Source: Chiloscyllium plagiosum (taxonomy: Eukaryota). Taken from it: a stretch of DNA of 52,012 bases. Shown piece after piece: positions 34,819-47,600 of the stretch. The stretch covers positions 11,343,901-11,395,912 of the forward strand of contig NC_057751.1 in NCBI RefSeq assembly GCF_004010195.1, read 5' to 3'. Position 1 is the stretch's first letter; every line of letters starts with the position of its first letter. The notes under the pieces were generated by a model. It was given only the letters and a program-made list of their open reading frames with translations. It did no database searches and was not told the origin of the DNA. A program made the position numbers and the translations under genes.

Positions 34819-35429
34819 TTTGAGGTATTGAGTCATGTCTCCAACGACAAGTCCAGACCATGAGGCAGAGAGTTTTTGAGAGGTTACTGCGGAGGGACTT
34901 GCCAAGATGAAGGTGGAAATCAAGGTAAGCTGGTTGACAGGGAGAACTGAAGCAAACTGACGCTCAAAGAATTTACGTTGTCTCCATGTAAACAAATTCA
35001 GAAGTAAGAAGGTCAGCAGGTAATGTGGAACTGTGGATGCTTTGTTTGACATCAATTAGGCTCCACCCAGCTGATGTAACAAGGACCTGTGCGGCTGTGA
35101 GCGAGCTGCTTGGCTGGAAAATCTGTGGACGTTCCTGGAGAAATATAAGAGAGGCATTGGTCTGAATTTATGAAAGGTCAGACTTTCAGAGCAGTCGAAA
35201 ACTAATTGTGTGCACAGGCACCTCACAGCAGCCTTACTGTCACTCACCGATTGAGAGGTTTTCCCATTGCTGAGTGTCACATGAAACAGGCAACGCACAT
35301 CCTTGAGGAGAACCATTCTGGGTTACAAAAGGCTGACCAGGAAACTCACCCACTCTCACTGCTTGCTGTTGGTGCCCCGGCAGCATATTCAGGTTGATAC
35401 TCACCTTTCTGAAACAAAATACTCTTCAC

Positions 35430-36255
35430 TGCTTTTTGTTTGCCTTAGTTTTATTGGCCATGATCAATTCAAACACAAGCAGATGGAACAGAATGTGGAA
35501 CATGCGACGTTGTTTACTTTGGCCTGAAGAACAGAATAGCAAAATCTCATTCAAGAGGCGAGAGACTGCAGACAGAGCAGCACTGAGAGATCTGGGTGTC
35601 CTTGGAGAATAGGGTTTGTGAGGACAGCAAAGAGGAGTGAGGAAGGCAAATGGATTGTTGGTCTTCAGTACAAGGGAGATGGATAAAAATGTCAGGGATT
35701 CATGCTTGCAACTATGTGGTGTGTTGGTGCGATCGTGCATTGAACACAGTTTGGTCACCTCAAATGAGAAAAACCATACTGACACTGGAGGCAGTTCAGT
35801 GAATGTTTACAAGGCTGATTGCTGGGATGAAGGAGTTGTCTTTGTGAGGAACCATTCCACAGCATGAGCCCAACAGGTCATGGAGTTTTGAACAGTGAGA
35901 GGTGTCCTGAGTGAAGCGTGCTAGATTCCGAGGTGGGGTGGACAGAGCAAATGCAGAGAAGATGATTCCTCTTGTGGGGAGAATCTAGAACAGTTTCAAA
36001 ACAAGCGGTGACCGATTTAAGATGGGTCTTAACAGGATAAAGAATTTCTTCTCTCGGACGGTAGTCAGTCTTTGGAATTCTCTCCCACACAGAGCACTAG
36101 AGCCTGGAACATTGGATATGTCCAAAGCTGAAGTGGACAGATTGGCAAGGGAGTCCAGGTTTATCCAGAAACCACCAGGAAAATGGAGCTCACATCAATT
36201 AGCCATGGTGTGTGGTGGAACAGGCTCAAGGTGTGGAGTGAGTCACTCCTGCTCC
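35430..36255 (+). mobile_element. Old CR1 3' fragment
   Basis: ..RDLGVL..RKANGLL..LQLCGVLVRSCIEH..; NFFSRTVVSLWNSLPHRALE. Confidence 0.75.
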
Positions 36256-36902
36256 GATGTTGTGCCCACAGTTAGTTTCAGAGCTGCTTCAGTGCTGGGA
36301 TTGTGTGTCTCATTCATTGCATTACAATGACTGGATTTCAGCGTACACCAGACCGTGAGTGAGCAGCAGAGGCAAAAGAACTACAACAAATTGCTTCAAA
36401 GTAACCCTTTAGGGGAGACAAGGCCTGGGAGTTCAACTATCAACAGGCTGAAATGAGGACTGACAGCAGGAGGGCCCTTCAGTGGGCAACTAACTTTGCT
36501 TCTCAGTCTTCAGCTGGGATTTCAGGTTTGCTGTTGGTGGAAGAAATGTGAGCCAGACATTGCTTCTGAAGGAGAGTATCCCGGCATTCACCAATGCTCC
36601 CTCTTCAGGACACTCCCCCCATAGCAGCTGCACCTCCAAATACCACCAAACCAGGGGTGGGGTGGGGGAGGTGGGGGGGCCCTCAGGGTAAATTCCCAAC
36701 ATGGGAAGAGGCGGAACTGATTTTCTGGGAATGTCAGGGGAGGGAAGACTCACCCAGCGAGACATCAGGGAGAGCCTGTGTGTGTGCACAGGACCAACCT
36801 GCTCCAATGTCAGCCATACCTGCTCAGCCAACGTGCAGGACAACCCTGAGGAAAGCCTGGCTGGGAAACCAACTCCCAAACCCACACAGTCATCATGTCG
36901 TC

Positions 36903-37032
36903 AGAGAGTCATACAGATGTACAGCAGGGAAACAGACCCTTCAGTCCAACTTGTCCAAGCTGATGAAATATCCTAACCTAATCTAGTCCCATTTGCCAGC
37001 GTGTGGCCCATATCTGTCCAAACCCTTCCTCT
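36903..37032 (-). mobile_element. CR1 3' tail
   Basis: agagtcatacagatgtacagcagggaaacagacccttcagtccaac..aaacccttcct. Confidence 0.85.
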
Positions 37033-37775
37033 CAAGCCCAGCCCACGATGAGCTGTATTTTAAATGGACTCCCCTGAACAGATGTCCGTGGTGGAGGGGG
37101 ATGGTTCACGGTGGTCCTGCCTGGATGGGCCTGATACACGATGCCGTGCAGGCATGAGAAGATGCTTTCAGCCCCCTGCAGTAAGCTGTGTTGCATTTCC
37201 AGGTGAGATGGCAGCACGATAAATGCCTATGAATTGTTCTTGTTACTGGCTCCTTGAAGGAGATACCTGTTTGTAGCCACCGGATTGATTCAAGTGTTTG
37301 GTCCGGCTCTGCAGAAATCCACAGAATGCCTCAGTGCCTTGCTGAGCAGGTGTCCGTGGTGGGGGGGGGATGGTTCACGGTGGTCCTGTCTGGACGGGCC
37401 TCAGTGCCTTGCTGAGCAGGTGTCCTCTTTCAGACCACTTCATTCATGCTCCCCATTCAGCCCTGGCAGCTGACTCACTCACAGAAAACACAATTCTTTA
37501 TTCCAGATCAAGTCCAGATGCTTTTTCTCAGCAGTTGATCTTTTCTCCTCCTCCCCCCTCCCCCCACCCCCCCCGACTCACCTTCCATAACTTCCCCCGA
37601 ACACCCCATCCCAAACCCCAACTTCTGTGGCTGAACTTCATCAGTCCTTCTCTGAGCAGCACCACCACCCTGTCCACCAGACGCAATGTGATTGAATGTG
37701 AAACAGAGGCCACCTTGCCCTTAGGCATAGCTTCAAGTCAGCCCCAATATAGTCAGGACAACATGGGACTTGATA

Positions 37776-38335
37776 GGGGCAGCACGGTGGCTCAGTGATT
37801 AACACTGCTATCTCCCAGCACCAGGGACCTGGGTTTGATTCCACCCTTGGGCAAATGTCTGTGTGGGGTTTACACATTCTCTCCATGTCTGTGTGGGTCT
37901 GATTTCCTCTGGGTGCTCTGATTTCCTCCCACAGTCCAAACATGTGCAGGCTAGGTGGATTGGCCATTGGAAATTGCCCAGAGTGTGCAGGGATTAGCCA
38001 CGGGAAATACAGGGTGATGGGTCCAGAGTCAGGGGCTGGGTCTGGGTGGGATGCTCTTCAGAGGATTGGTGCAGATTTGATGGGCTGAATGGACTCTTTG
38101 CACACTATAGGGATTCTATTTTCAAAGGTACTGGGAAATATTGGGTGACAGGGATTGGGTCTGGGTGGGATACTCCGTGGAGGGTTGGTGTGGACTTGAT
38201 GGGCTGAATGGCCTTTTTGCACACTGTAGGGATTCTATTTTTAAAGGTGCTGGGAAATGCAGGGTGACAGGGATTGCAGAGGGCTGGTGTGGACTCAATG
38301 GGCCGAACGGCCTGCTTTCACACATGGGGATTCTG
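37776..38335 (+). mobile_element. HE1-like V-SINE with triplicated 3' segment
   Basis: ggcagcacggtggctcagtga..gggtttgattcc head; gggaaat..gggtga blocks at ~38001, 38133, 38252. Confidence 0.85.
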
Positions 38336-39477
38336 TCGAAGGCAGAGCTGTTCATGTCTCATTGAGATGAATGAGCTGCAATTCTGGATTGGGACTGAAC
38401 CTGGCCACTGGCTGCAGGTTCAGTTCATCAGCACAGCTTGCTTTCCAGCTTCACCGCTGACACCACTGACAGATGCTTTTACCCATCCACGTCCTGGCCT
38501 TGCCTGCACTTCCTGAATCCTTCCAAACACCAACAGCGAGTAACATTCCTCTCTCCGCTCAAAAACAGAACCTCATTCATAAAGTTTGTACATGCCCGAA
38601 CGCAGATTCTGACATGAAAATTGCAGGATCAGCTACATAGCTCACTGTATCTCCCCCTTCCCCCCCCACCCCCACCCCACCCCAGGAGGTGTGGCCATTC
38701 AGTAACTGATGTCTTCTGGGAGTACCCACATTGAGCCAAAGGACAGAAGGGCCTCTCAAGCTCTGACATCTGTCAAAGTCAGGCTGAGAGCTGTGACCAG
38801 TGGGCTTCATTGTGCAGTGGGAAAACAGAGTGAACTCTCTCCAGCCAATGTGAAAACTTAGACGGGACATCTCAATAGGCACTTGGAATGGGAGCAAGGG
38901 TAAGCTACCTACACTTGGAGTCCGCTTCCCTATTTCACAAGATCAGGGCTGATTTCCCATCTCCAATCTGCCCTGCACACAAGCCCCTTTATTCCCTCAG
39001 ATCTGGAAATTAGGGAAATGGACAGGCTCTACCTGTGCCAGCGAGGGGTTTGGGAAGGAAGGGGGGATGGTGGGGGGGGAGGTGAGGGCAATAGCCCATG
39101 ATTAGATTGCAAAATAAAAATGCATCAATTCTCAGCAACTGGACATCTGCAGCTGATTGGGGCTTGGACTTCCAGTGATCCTTCGCCTTCCGTATGAAGA
39201 CATTTCTCCTTGTCTCAGTCTAAAATTGGCCAAACTCCCCACAATAAAAGGAAAGGACAGCAGACTCTGGGAAATTTGAAATGAAGATGAAAGGAACAGG
39301 GTTTAACTTTCTGAGTTCAATCTGACTCTCCACCACTGAAGATTCGAAACATCAGCTGGGTTTCTCTCTGCTCTCACACATGCTGAGTTTCTCCAGCACT
39401 TTCTGTTTTGATGGCAGACCCTGACTGTAATTTTCAGGCTGGAATGTTTTGGATTGTATCTGAACAAACAGTAGCCT

Positions 39478-40060
39478 TGTTGAAGAGTCAGTCTGTCTGC
39501 ATCCGACACCAAGATCATGGTTTGTCGAGCTGTGGTATTTCTTACCCTCCTGTCTGGCCCTGAGATGTGCACTGTCTGCAGCAGATACCCCAAGGTGCTG
39601 AGCAGTCCCACCAACACTGCCTGTGCGAATCTGCTGGGAAGAGAGATGCACCAACACCAGCAACCTTGACCAGGCCAATATTACCAGCATCAAGGCTACA
39701 ATGGGCTGGGCCCATCGTCCCCATGGCTGACAGGGGACTCCCCAAGCAGATGCTCTACTCCCAGCCCCAGGTGGAGAGAGGAAGTGCTTCACTGATACCC
39801 TCAAGGCCTCACTCGGTAGGTACGGCATTCCCACAGACAACGGGAAATCACAGGCCCAAGACTGTCCAAAGTGGAGGAAGAGCATCTGGAAAGGCATCCA
39901 GTACTTTGAGACTTTGCCGCTGGGGACAAATAGAAGCCAGGTGAAAACAGTGTAAGAAGCGCCCTACCTCCTGCCCCAAGTGTAACATCGTCCACAGATG
40001 CCACCTCTGTACTCATCCTGAAAGTGGAAGAGAATCATGCTCAACGGTCAAGGCATTGCT
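39478..40060 (+). mobile_element. RTE-clade (BovB-like) LINE 3' fragment
   Basis: Reads TKIMVCRAVVFLTLLSGPEM..; LQWAGPIVPMADRGLPKQMLYSQ..FTDTLKASL..AQDCPKWRKSIWKG, the RTE C-terminal pattern. Confidence 0.8.
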
Positions 40061-41499
40061 GATGGTGATGACCTTATCAGTTTCTCAAAGACCTCAGTCA
40101 CCCTCATCTCTGTTTTTGTCTGATGCACTAAAGAGTATTTATGCTCCTTTGAAAACACATGCCCACGAGTCTTTGCCTTCTCCCGTGTGGTGACTGTGCT
40201 GTGGGCATACATGAGCAACAAATCAATGTTTCCTTTAGCACCAGCTGGATTTTTGAGTCAGACCAGAGGAAGCTGCTGGAGGATAATGTAGACTGGTACC
40301 TGAAGTGATATCCTCTGTCAGCACAGAGCTGCACTGATGAGCCACAACGTTGGGGGGACTGAATCTGGCTTAACTCTCAGCTGTCGCTTGTTAGCACTGA
40401 TGTCACTAATGATCAGATACCCCCTACCTTCCTGCTGTGTGGCTGCAATGGCTAACACTCTCTGTGGATCCATTGTTCTTCTCGAAAAACACCAAATGCT
40501 GGAGATTGCAACAGGGCATGGAGAGACAGCAAGTGAATGTTTTGAGTCCAGATGACTCTTCATCTGAGCTGTAGACTTGCTGCATTGTCATTCCAGTTTT
40601 CTCCCTCCATCATGCCTTCCTTTCTCTTATCCCTGCTGCTCTCCAACTCGTTCACAGACTATCCCTGTCATTCTAAAGCTGACACACATACCAGCCTTGC
40701 CAACTTTCCCTGGCGTTGCACTTGCTTACAGTCCATTTCTCATGTAGAATCTCCCAGTTTCATTGACTGCTCATTGACCTTGAACATTAAGTCTGTATCG
40801 AGTTGCTGAACGTTGCCTGTTTTCTGTTTCAGCTCCAGATTTGCAGCAAACACGTTTTCTGTTTCTTTCTAACTGGCATAATCTTCAATCGGTTAATCTC
40901 ATCATATCCCCTTCACCTCCTCCATTGCCAGTAAATAAATCACTTGGTGGCATTCTAAGCATTGAAGAAATATTTCGAAGCCAGAATGTTAATTTAGCAT
41001 GCACAACAGGGGTTAGGAGAATATTTGAGGACTATTATGTTCCTAATTACCGTGAAGATGATTTGGAAAGTGAAATGCTTCAGAGGTTGTTTGGAATGAT
41101 GTCCGGAGTTTCTGGCACTTTTCAAGCTTATCCTTGAAGACCATGTGAAATCAAGTTTGTGATGAGGCATAGGAATTTGAACATCTGTCTGATTCTGTGC
41201 CATGACACATAATTGCTGGTCCCTGTGGGAATAACGTTATCTCCTACTGTACTGTTATGCCTGACAATCAGCATGCAGGTCTACCTCGAAGATACATGCT
41301 CATGATATCATCCCCACAGCAAAGCACGTTGCCTGAGGATATAAAGATCTCAGACTCCATCTTAACTGGGATCAGCTGAAGCATGGCACACTGATAGATG
41401 TAAACTGCTCTTTGTCACCTCACAGCTTCATGTGTGGCCAGACATTGATGTGCCTGTGCGTGTAATATTTGGATACATTTTTATGTATGAGGACACAAT

Positions 41500-41660
41500 T
41501 AAAACATTGAAAAGACATTTGGATAGTACATGAATAGGAAAGGTCTTGGAGGGATATGGGCCAGGATGAGGCAGGTGGGACTAGGTGAGTTTGGGATTAT
41601 GTTCAGCATGGGCTGGTTGGACCAAAGGGTCTGTGTCTGTGCTTTTTGACTCTATGACTA
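41500..41660 (+). mobile_element. CR1 3' tail
   Basis: aaagacatttggat..gggatatgggccagg..gactctatgact. Confidence 0.85.
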
Positions 41661-41845
41661 TTTATGTGCTATAATCAACATCTGTTGGATTCTTTAAGAC
41701 CATGCTATCCATGACCTGTTTCTCTCTCATGTTATGAGGGATAATGTAAGCATTGCCTAATCAGATAAAACATTCAGCTGGTGGTAAAGTCAATACCATT
41801 GATCCAGCTCAGCCAGAAGAGCTCTTAGCTTGTTATTGGAAAATT

Positions 41846-42155
41846 ATAAGAACATTAGAGCCAGGAACAGGGGAAGGCCACCTGGCCCCATCGAGCCTGC
41901 TCCACAATTCAGTAAGGTCATGGCTGACCCTTCCATGGCCTCAGCTCCACTTACCTGTCCTCTCACCGTAACCCTTCATTCTTTGACTGTTCAAAACTCG
42001 GTCTGTCTTTGCCTGACAAACAGTTAAGGACATAGTCTGAACTACCTCACTGGCCAGGGAACTCCACAGATTCCCAATCCTCTGGGTGAAGAGCTTCCTC
42101 CTCAGCTCAGTCCAAAATCTGCTCCCCCTCATTTTGAGGCTGTACCCCCTTCTAG
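41846..42155 (-). mobile_element. CR1 3' fragment of an older subfamily
   Basis: ORF 41941..42132 ..RRKLFTQRIGNLWSSLASEVV; ataagaacatt tail. Confidence 0.75.
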
Positions 42156-42597
42156 AATTTGAATCTCACTTGGGAGTTTTGAGCACTGAATCAAGGTCCG
42201 CCCTCCTGTGGAGCGCTGTTTGTATTCTGGGGTATACAGGAAAGCAAGGCCTGGCCTCCCCATTCAGATAGGTGGGATCAATTCTCTGCACGTGACTTTG
42301 AAAGAGACAGGGCCAGTTCTCCCCGAGTGTGCTCGCCAATATCCATCCTGCGGCCATGGTCATTGCAATCGTTTATTGGACTGTGGTTGCACCATTGCTG
42401 ACTCAGGGATTGGTGTACGGGGAGTGGTTGCTGCATGACAAAATACAGGCTCGCTGATCCAAACACAAAGATGCCCATCAGGGTGGCCACGCACCCATGT
42501 GCAAATATGTCTTCCCTAACATACTGCAGACATCCCAAAGCTGGAATGTGTAGGTGGTGTCACAATATTCCATGCAGACTAGGTTCACTGCGCAAAT

Positions 42598-42743
42598 GGA
42601 GGAGAAAGTGAGGACTGCAGATGCTGGAGATCAGAGCTGAAAATGTGTTGCTGGAAAAGCGCAGCAGCTCATGCCCGAAACGTCGATTCTCCTGATTCCT
42701 GAAGAAGGGCTCATGCCCGAAACGTTGATTCTCTTGCTCCTTG
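42598..42743. mobile_element. Penelope-like inverted pLTR junction with tandem hammerhead segments
   Basis: Minus ggagaaagtgaggactgcagatgctggag..cagcag, then plus gctcatgcccGAAACGTC..CTGAAGAagggctcatgcccGAAACGTT. Confidence 0.85.
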
Positions 42744-43479
42744 ATCACTGTGTAAATGGACAATGTTCAGGGGACCCAGGGCCTGAGAATCCGGAAGCAG
42801 GCGTGGGGTGGAAGACCAGGAGTAGGGCAGTGCACTGCATTGGTGGCAAAGGCCATTAAATAGTCCCTGCCCATGGGCAATGCAGTTAGGGTGGCCCCTC
42901 ATAGAGGGCAAGAGAGAGAGCATGACAGTTCTGGGCTGAATTGAAACTTACAGGGAGAGCTGAATTAACTCAGTTGGCTGGTTTACAATATAAAACTGGG
43001 GAGCATGAGCATGGGTTGAATTCCCGCACTGGCTGGAAATTCCAACAAACTTGCTCCGTCTCACATCGTACCCGAGATGGCGTGAACATCAGGTTAAACT
43101 CTCCACACCAGTGAGAGAGTGGGGCGACACTGACTTCACCGTGGGGAGCACCATAGGTACCAGGCTCCTTTTTGTATCCACTTGGCACAAGGCAGCTGCT
43201 CTTCCATTGAAGCCCAAGTGCTGGCTCTTTAGCCTGCCCTTGCTCACCCAGGAAGCCATGCGGCATGAACATGAGGAAGTTCTGAGTCTTGCAGACTCCT
43301 TGCTCCCTCTGGAGGTGATGATTACAATGACAATACCACCACCAAGATCCCTCAGACTGTGGAGCCCTGTGGGATTTCTGAAGTTACGAGAGGTGCTATA
43401 TAAATTCAAGTTGTCTCTTTTCTTGCACCGTGACTCCAGAAAGCCATGTTATCCTGCAACATGCAATATACGGACAGGG

Positions 43480-44290
43480 AGGTCAGAAAGTGTGCAAACA
43501 CCAATGTGCTTTACACAGACAGTGAGTTCAGGAAGTGTGCAAACACCAACATGCTATACAAAGAGAGTCTGTTCAGGAAGTGTGCAAACATCAATGTGCT
43601 ATACACAGACAGTGTGTTCAGAAAGTGTGCAAATATCGATGTACTATACACAGTGTGTTCAGGAAGTGTGCAAACACCGATATGCAAACATCAACATAAT
43701 ATACACAGTGTGTTCAGGAAGTGTGCAAACATCAATGCGCTATACACAGACAGTGTGTTCAGGAAGTATGCAAGCACCGATATGCAAGCATCAACATACT
43801 ATACACAGACAATGTGTTCAGGAAGTGTGCAAACATCAACATGCTATACAAAGAGAGTCTGTTCAGGAAGTGTGCAAACATCAATGTGCTACACACAGAT
43901 GGTGTGTTCAAGAATTGTGCAAACACTGATGTGCTGTACACAGCATGTTCAGGAAGTGTGCAAACACCAATGTGCTGTATACAACAGCGAGTTCAGGAAG
44001 TGTGCAAACACCGATGTGCTGTACACAGACAGTGTGTTCAGGAAGTGTGCAAACACCAATATGCAAACATCAACATACTATACACAGAGAGTCTGTTCAG
44101 AAAGTGTGCAAACATCAATGTGCTACACACAGATGATGTGTTCAAGAAGTGTGCAAACACCGATGTGCTGTACACATCGGCGTGTTCAGGAAGTGTGCAA
44201 ACACTGATGTGCTATACACAGACGGCATGTTCAGGAAGTGTGCTATCCAGAAAGTGTGTTCAGGAAGTGTGCAAACACTGACGTGCTACA
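43480..44290. repeat. ~45-bp minisatellite (~18 units), core GTGTTCAGGAAGTGTGCAAACA
   Basis: Direct reading; explains the Cys-rich periodic ORFs 43051..43929, 43446..44207 and 43721..44281. Confidence 0.95.
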
Positions 44291-44615
44291 CATGGGCAGC
44301 GTACAGTCTGATTCCCCCTGTAATTGGGAACAGAAGTGGTGAAAGTGTTTCTGGCATCAGGATCAGGGGTCAGGGAGGGGGTGTGGGGGTTTCCTGCAGA
44401 TTTACCCCTAAAAAAGGAACATTTTCTTTGACCATTTCATGCAGTGTTCGAAGAATGGGATGACTGAGCCCGGCTGGTCTGGAGGAACAAGGCTGTTTTC
44501 TGAAGGAAACCTGTTTGGAGGGTTATGCTGCCACCATCAGGTCAAAACCTGCCAAGAATGTGGCACAAGCAAGGGACTTCCGTTCAACAACTGCGTGTGT
44601 TCAGATAACGAGTTG

Positions 44616-47600
44616 TAGAGTCATAGAGATGTACAGCACGGAAACAGACCCTTTGGTCCAACCCATCCATGCCGACCAGATATCCCAACCCAATCTAGTC
44701 CCACTTGCCAGTGCCCGGCCCATATCCCTCCAAACCCTTCCTATTCATATACCCATCCAAATGCCTCTTAAATGTTGCAATTGTACCAGCCTCCACCACA
44801 TCCTCTGGCAGCTCATTCCATACACGTACCACCCTCTGTGTGAAAACATTGTCCCTTAGGTCCCTTTTAAATCGTTCCCTACTCACCCAAAACCTGTGCC
44901 CTCTAGTTCTGGACTCTCCGACCCCAGGGAAAAGACTTCGCCTATTTCCCCTATCCATGCCCCTCATAATTTTGTAAACCTCTATAAGGTCACCCCTCAG
45001 CCTCCGACGCTCCAGGGAAAACAGCCCCAGCCTGTTCAGCATCTCCCGGTCGCTCAAATTCTCTTACCCTGGCAAGATGCTTTTCTGAATCCTTTCAAGT
45101 TTCACAACATATTTCCGATAGGAAGGAGACCAGAATTGCACGCAATATTCCAACAGTGGCCTCACCAATGTCCTGTACAGCTGCAACATGACCTCCCAAC
45201 TCCTGTACTCAATACTCTGACCAATAAAGGAAAGCATACCAAACGCTTTCTTCACTATGCTATCTACCTACGACTCCACTTTCAAGGAGCTATGAACCTG
45301 CACTCCAAGGTCTCTTTGTTCAGCAACATTCCCGAGGACCTTACCATTAAGTGTATAAATCCTACCAAGATTTGTTTTCCCAAAATGCAGCACCTCGCAT
45401 TTATCTGAATTAAACTCCATCTCCACATCTCAGCCCATTGGCCCATCTGGTCCATATCCTGTTGTAATCTGAGGTAACCCTCTTCGTTGTCCCCTACACC
45501 TCCAATTTTGGGGTCATCTGCAAACTTACAACCGTACCATCAAAATCATTTATGTGAATCACAAAAAGTAGAGGACCCAGCACCGATCCTTGTGGCACTC
45601 CATTGGTCACAGGCCTCCAGTCTGAAAAGTAACCCTCCACCACCACTCTCTGTCTTCTACCTTTGAGCCAGTTCTGTATCCAAATGGCTAGTTCTCCTTG
45701 TATTCCATGAGATCTAACCTTGCTAATCAGTCTCCCATGGGGAACCTTGTCGAACACCTTACTGAAGTCCATATTGATCACATCAACTGCTCTGCCCTCA
45801 TCAATCGTCTTTGTTACTTCTTCAAAAAACTCAATCAAGTTTGTGAGACATGATTTCCCACGCACAAAGCCATGTTGACTATCCCTAATCAGTCCTTGCC
45901 TTTCCAAATACATNNNNNNNNNNNNNNNNNNNNNNNNNNNNNNNNNNNNNNNNNNNNNNNNNNNNNNNNNNNNNNNNNNNNNNNNNNNNNNNNNNNNNNN
46001 NNNNNNNNNNNNNNNNNNNNNNNNNNNNNNNNNNNNNNNNNNNNNNNNNNNNNNNNNNNNNNNNNNNNNNNNNNNNNNNNNNNNNNNNNNNNNNNNNNNN
46101 NNNNNNNNNNNNNNNNNNNNNNNNNNNNNNNNNNNNNNNNNNNNNTTTCAAGATGTCACCATCTATTTCCCCACAGTCTATATCTTCCATATCCTTTTCC
46201 ACAGTAAATACTGATGCAAAATATTCATTTAGTATCTCCTCCATCTCCTGCAGCTCCACACAAAGGCCGCCTTGCTGATCTTTGAGGGGCCCTATTTTCT
46301 CCCTAGTTACCCTTTTGTCCTAAATATATTTGTAAAAACTCTCTGGATTCTCCTTAATTCTTTTTGCCAACGCTATCTCATGTCCCCTTTTTACCCTCCT
46401 GATTTCCCTCTTAAGTATACTCCTACTTCCTTTATACTCTTCTAAGGATTCACTCAATCTATCCTGTCTATACCTGACATATGCTTCCTTTTTCTTGACC
46501 AAACCCTCAATTTTTTTGGTCATCCAGCATTCCCAATACCTACCGGTCTTTCCTTTCACCCTGACAGGTATATACTTTCTCTGGATTCTCGTTATCTCAT
46601 TTCTGAAGGCTTCCCATTTTCCAGCCGTCCCTTTACCTATGAACATCTGCCCCAAATCAGCTTTTGAAAGTTCTTGCCTAATACCGTCAAAATTGGCTTT
46701 TCTCCAATTTAGAACTTCAACTTTTAGATCTGGTCTATCCTTTTCCATCATTATTTTAAATCTAATAGAATTATGGTCGCCGGCCCAAAGTGCTCCCCCA
46801 CTGACACCTCAGTCACCTGCCCTGCCTTATTTCCCAAGAGTAGGTCAAGTTTTGTATCTTCTCCAGTCGGTACTGAATGAGAAAATTGTCTTGTACACAC
46901 TTAACAAATTCCTCTCCATCTAAACCTTTAACACTATGGCAGTCCCAGTCTATGTTTGGAAAGTTAAAATCCCCTACCATAACCACCCTATTATTCTTAT
47001 AGATAGCTGAGATCTCCTGACAAGTTTGTTTCTCAATTTCCCTCTGACTATTATTAGGGGGTCTACAATACAATCCCAATAAGGTGATCATCCCTTTCTT
47101 ATTTCTCTGTTCTACACAAGTAACTTCCCCGGATGTATTTCCGGGAACATCCTCCCTCAGCACAGCTGTAATGTTATCCTTTATCAAAAATGCCACTCCC
47201 CCTCCTCTCTTGCCTTCCTTTCTATCCTTCCTGTCGCATTTCTGTCCTCGAACATTAAGCTGCCAATCCTGCCCATCCCTGAGCCATGTCTCTGTAATTG
47301 CTATGATATCCCAGTCCCATGTTCCTAACCATGCCCTGAGTTCATCTGCCTTCCCTGTTAGGCTCCTTGCATTGAAATAAATGCAGTTTAATTTATTAGT
47401 CCCACCTTGTCCCTGCCTGCCCTGACTGTTTGACTCACTTCTGTTCTCAAATGTACCAGTCTCAGAATGATCTCTTTCCTCCCTATCTCCCTGGGTCCCA
47501 CGCCCCCACCTTACTAGTTTAAATCTTCCTGAGCAGTTTGAGCAAATTTCCCTGCCAGTATATTAGTTCCCTTCCAATTTAGGTGCAATCCATCCTTCTT

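Noticed and set aside
36653..36680. G-quadruplex-forming G-runs (also ~37545-37575, ~38655-38683, ~39050-39090)
   Set aside because: Common low-complexity tracts with no functional context visible.
38385..38430. Short hairpin actgaacctg..caggttcagt as a miRNA
   Set aside because: Only ~10-12 bp of good stem with poor flanking pairing; expected by chance.
40841..41137. 98-aa ORF
   Set aside because: YYVPNYREDDLESEMLQRLFGMMSGV resembles decayed CR1 (WSPYYRKD..LERVQRRFTRM.PG).
43051..44281. Cys-rich zinc-finger or keratin-associated protein ORFs
   Set aside because: Translations of the 45-bp minisatellite; units of 41, 44, 55 and 59 bp shift frame.
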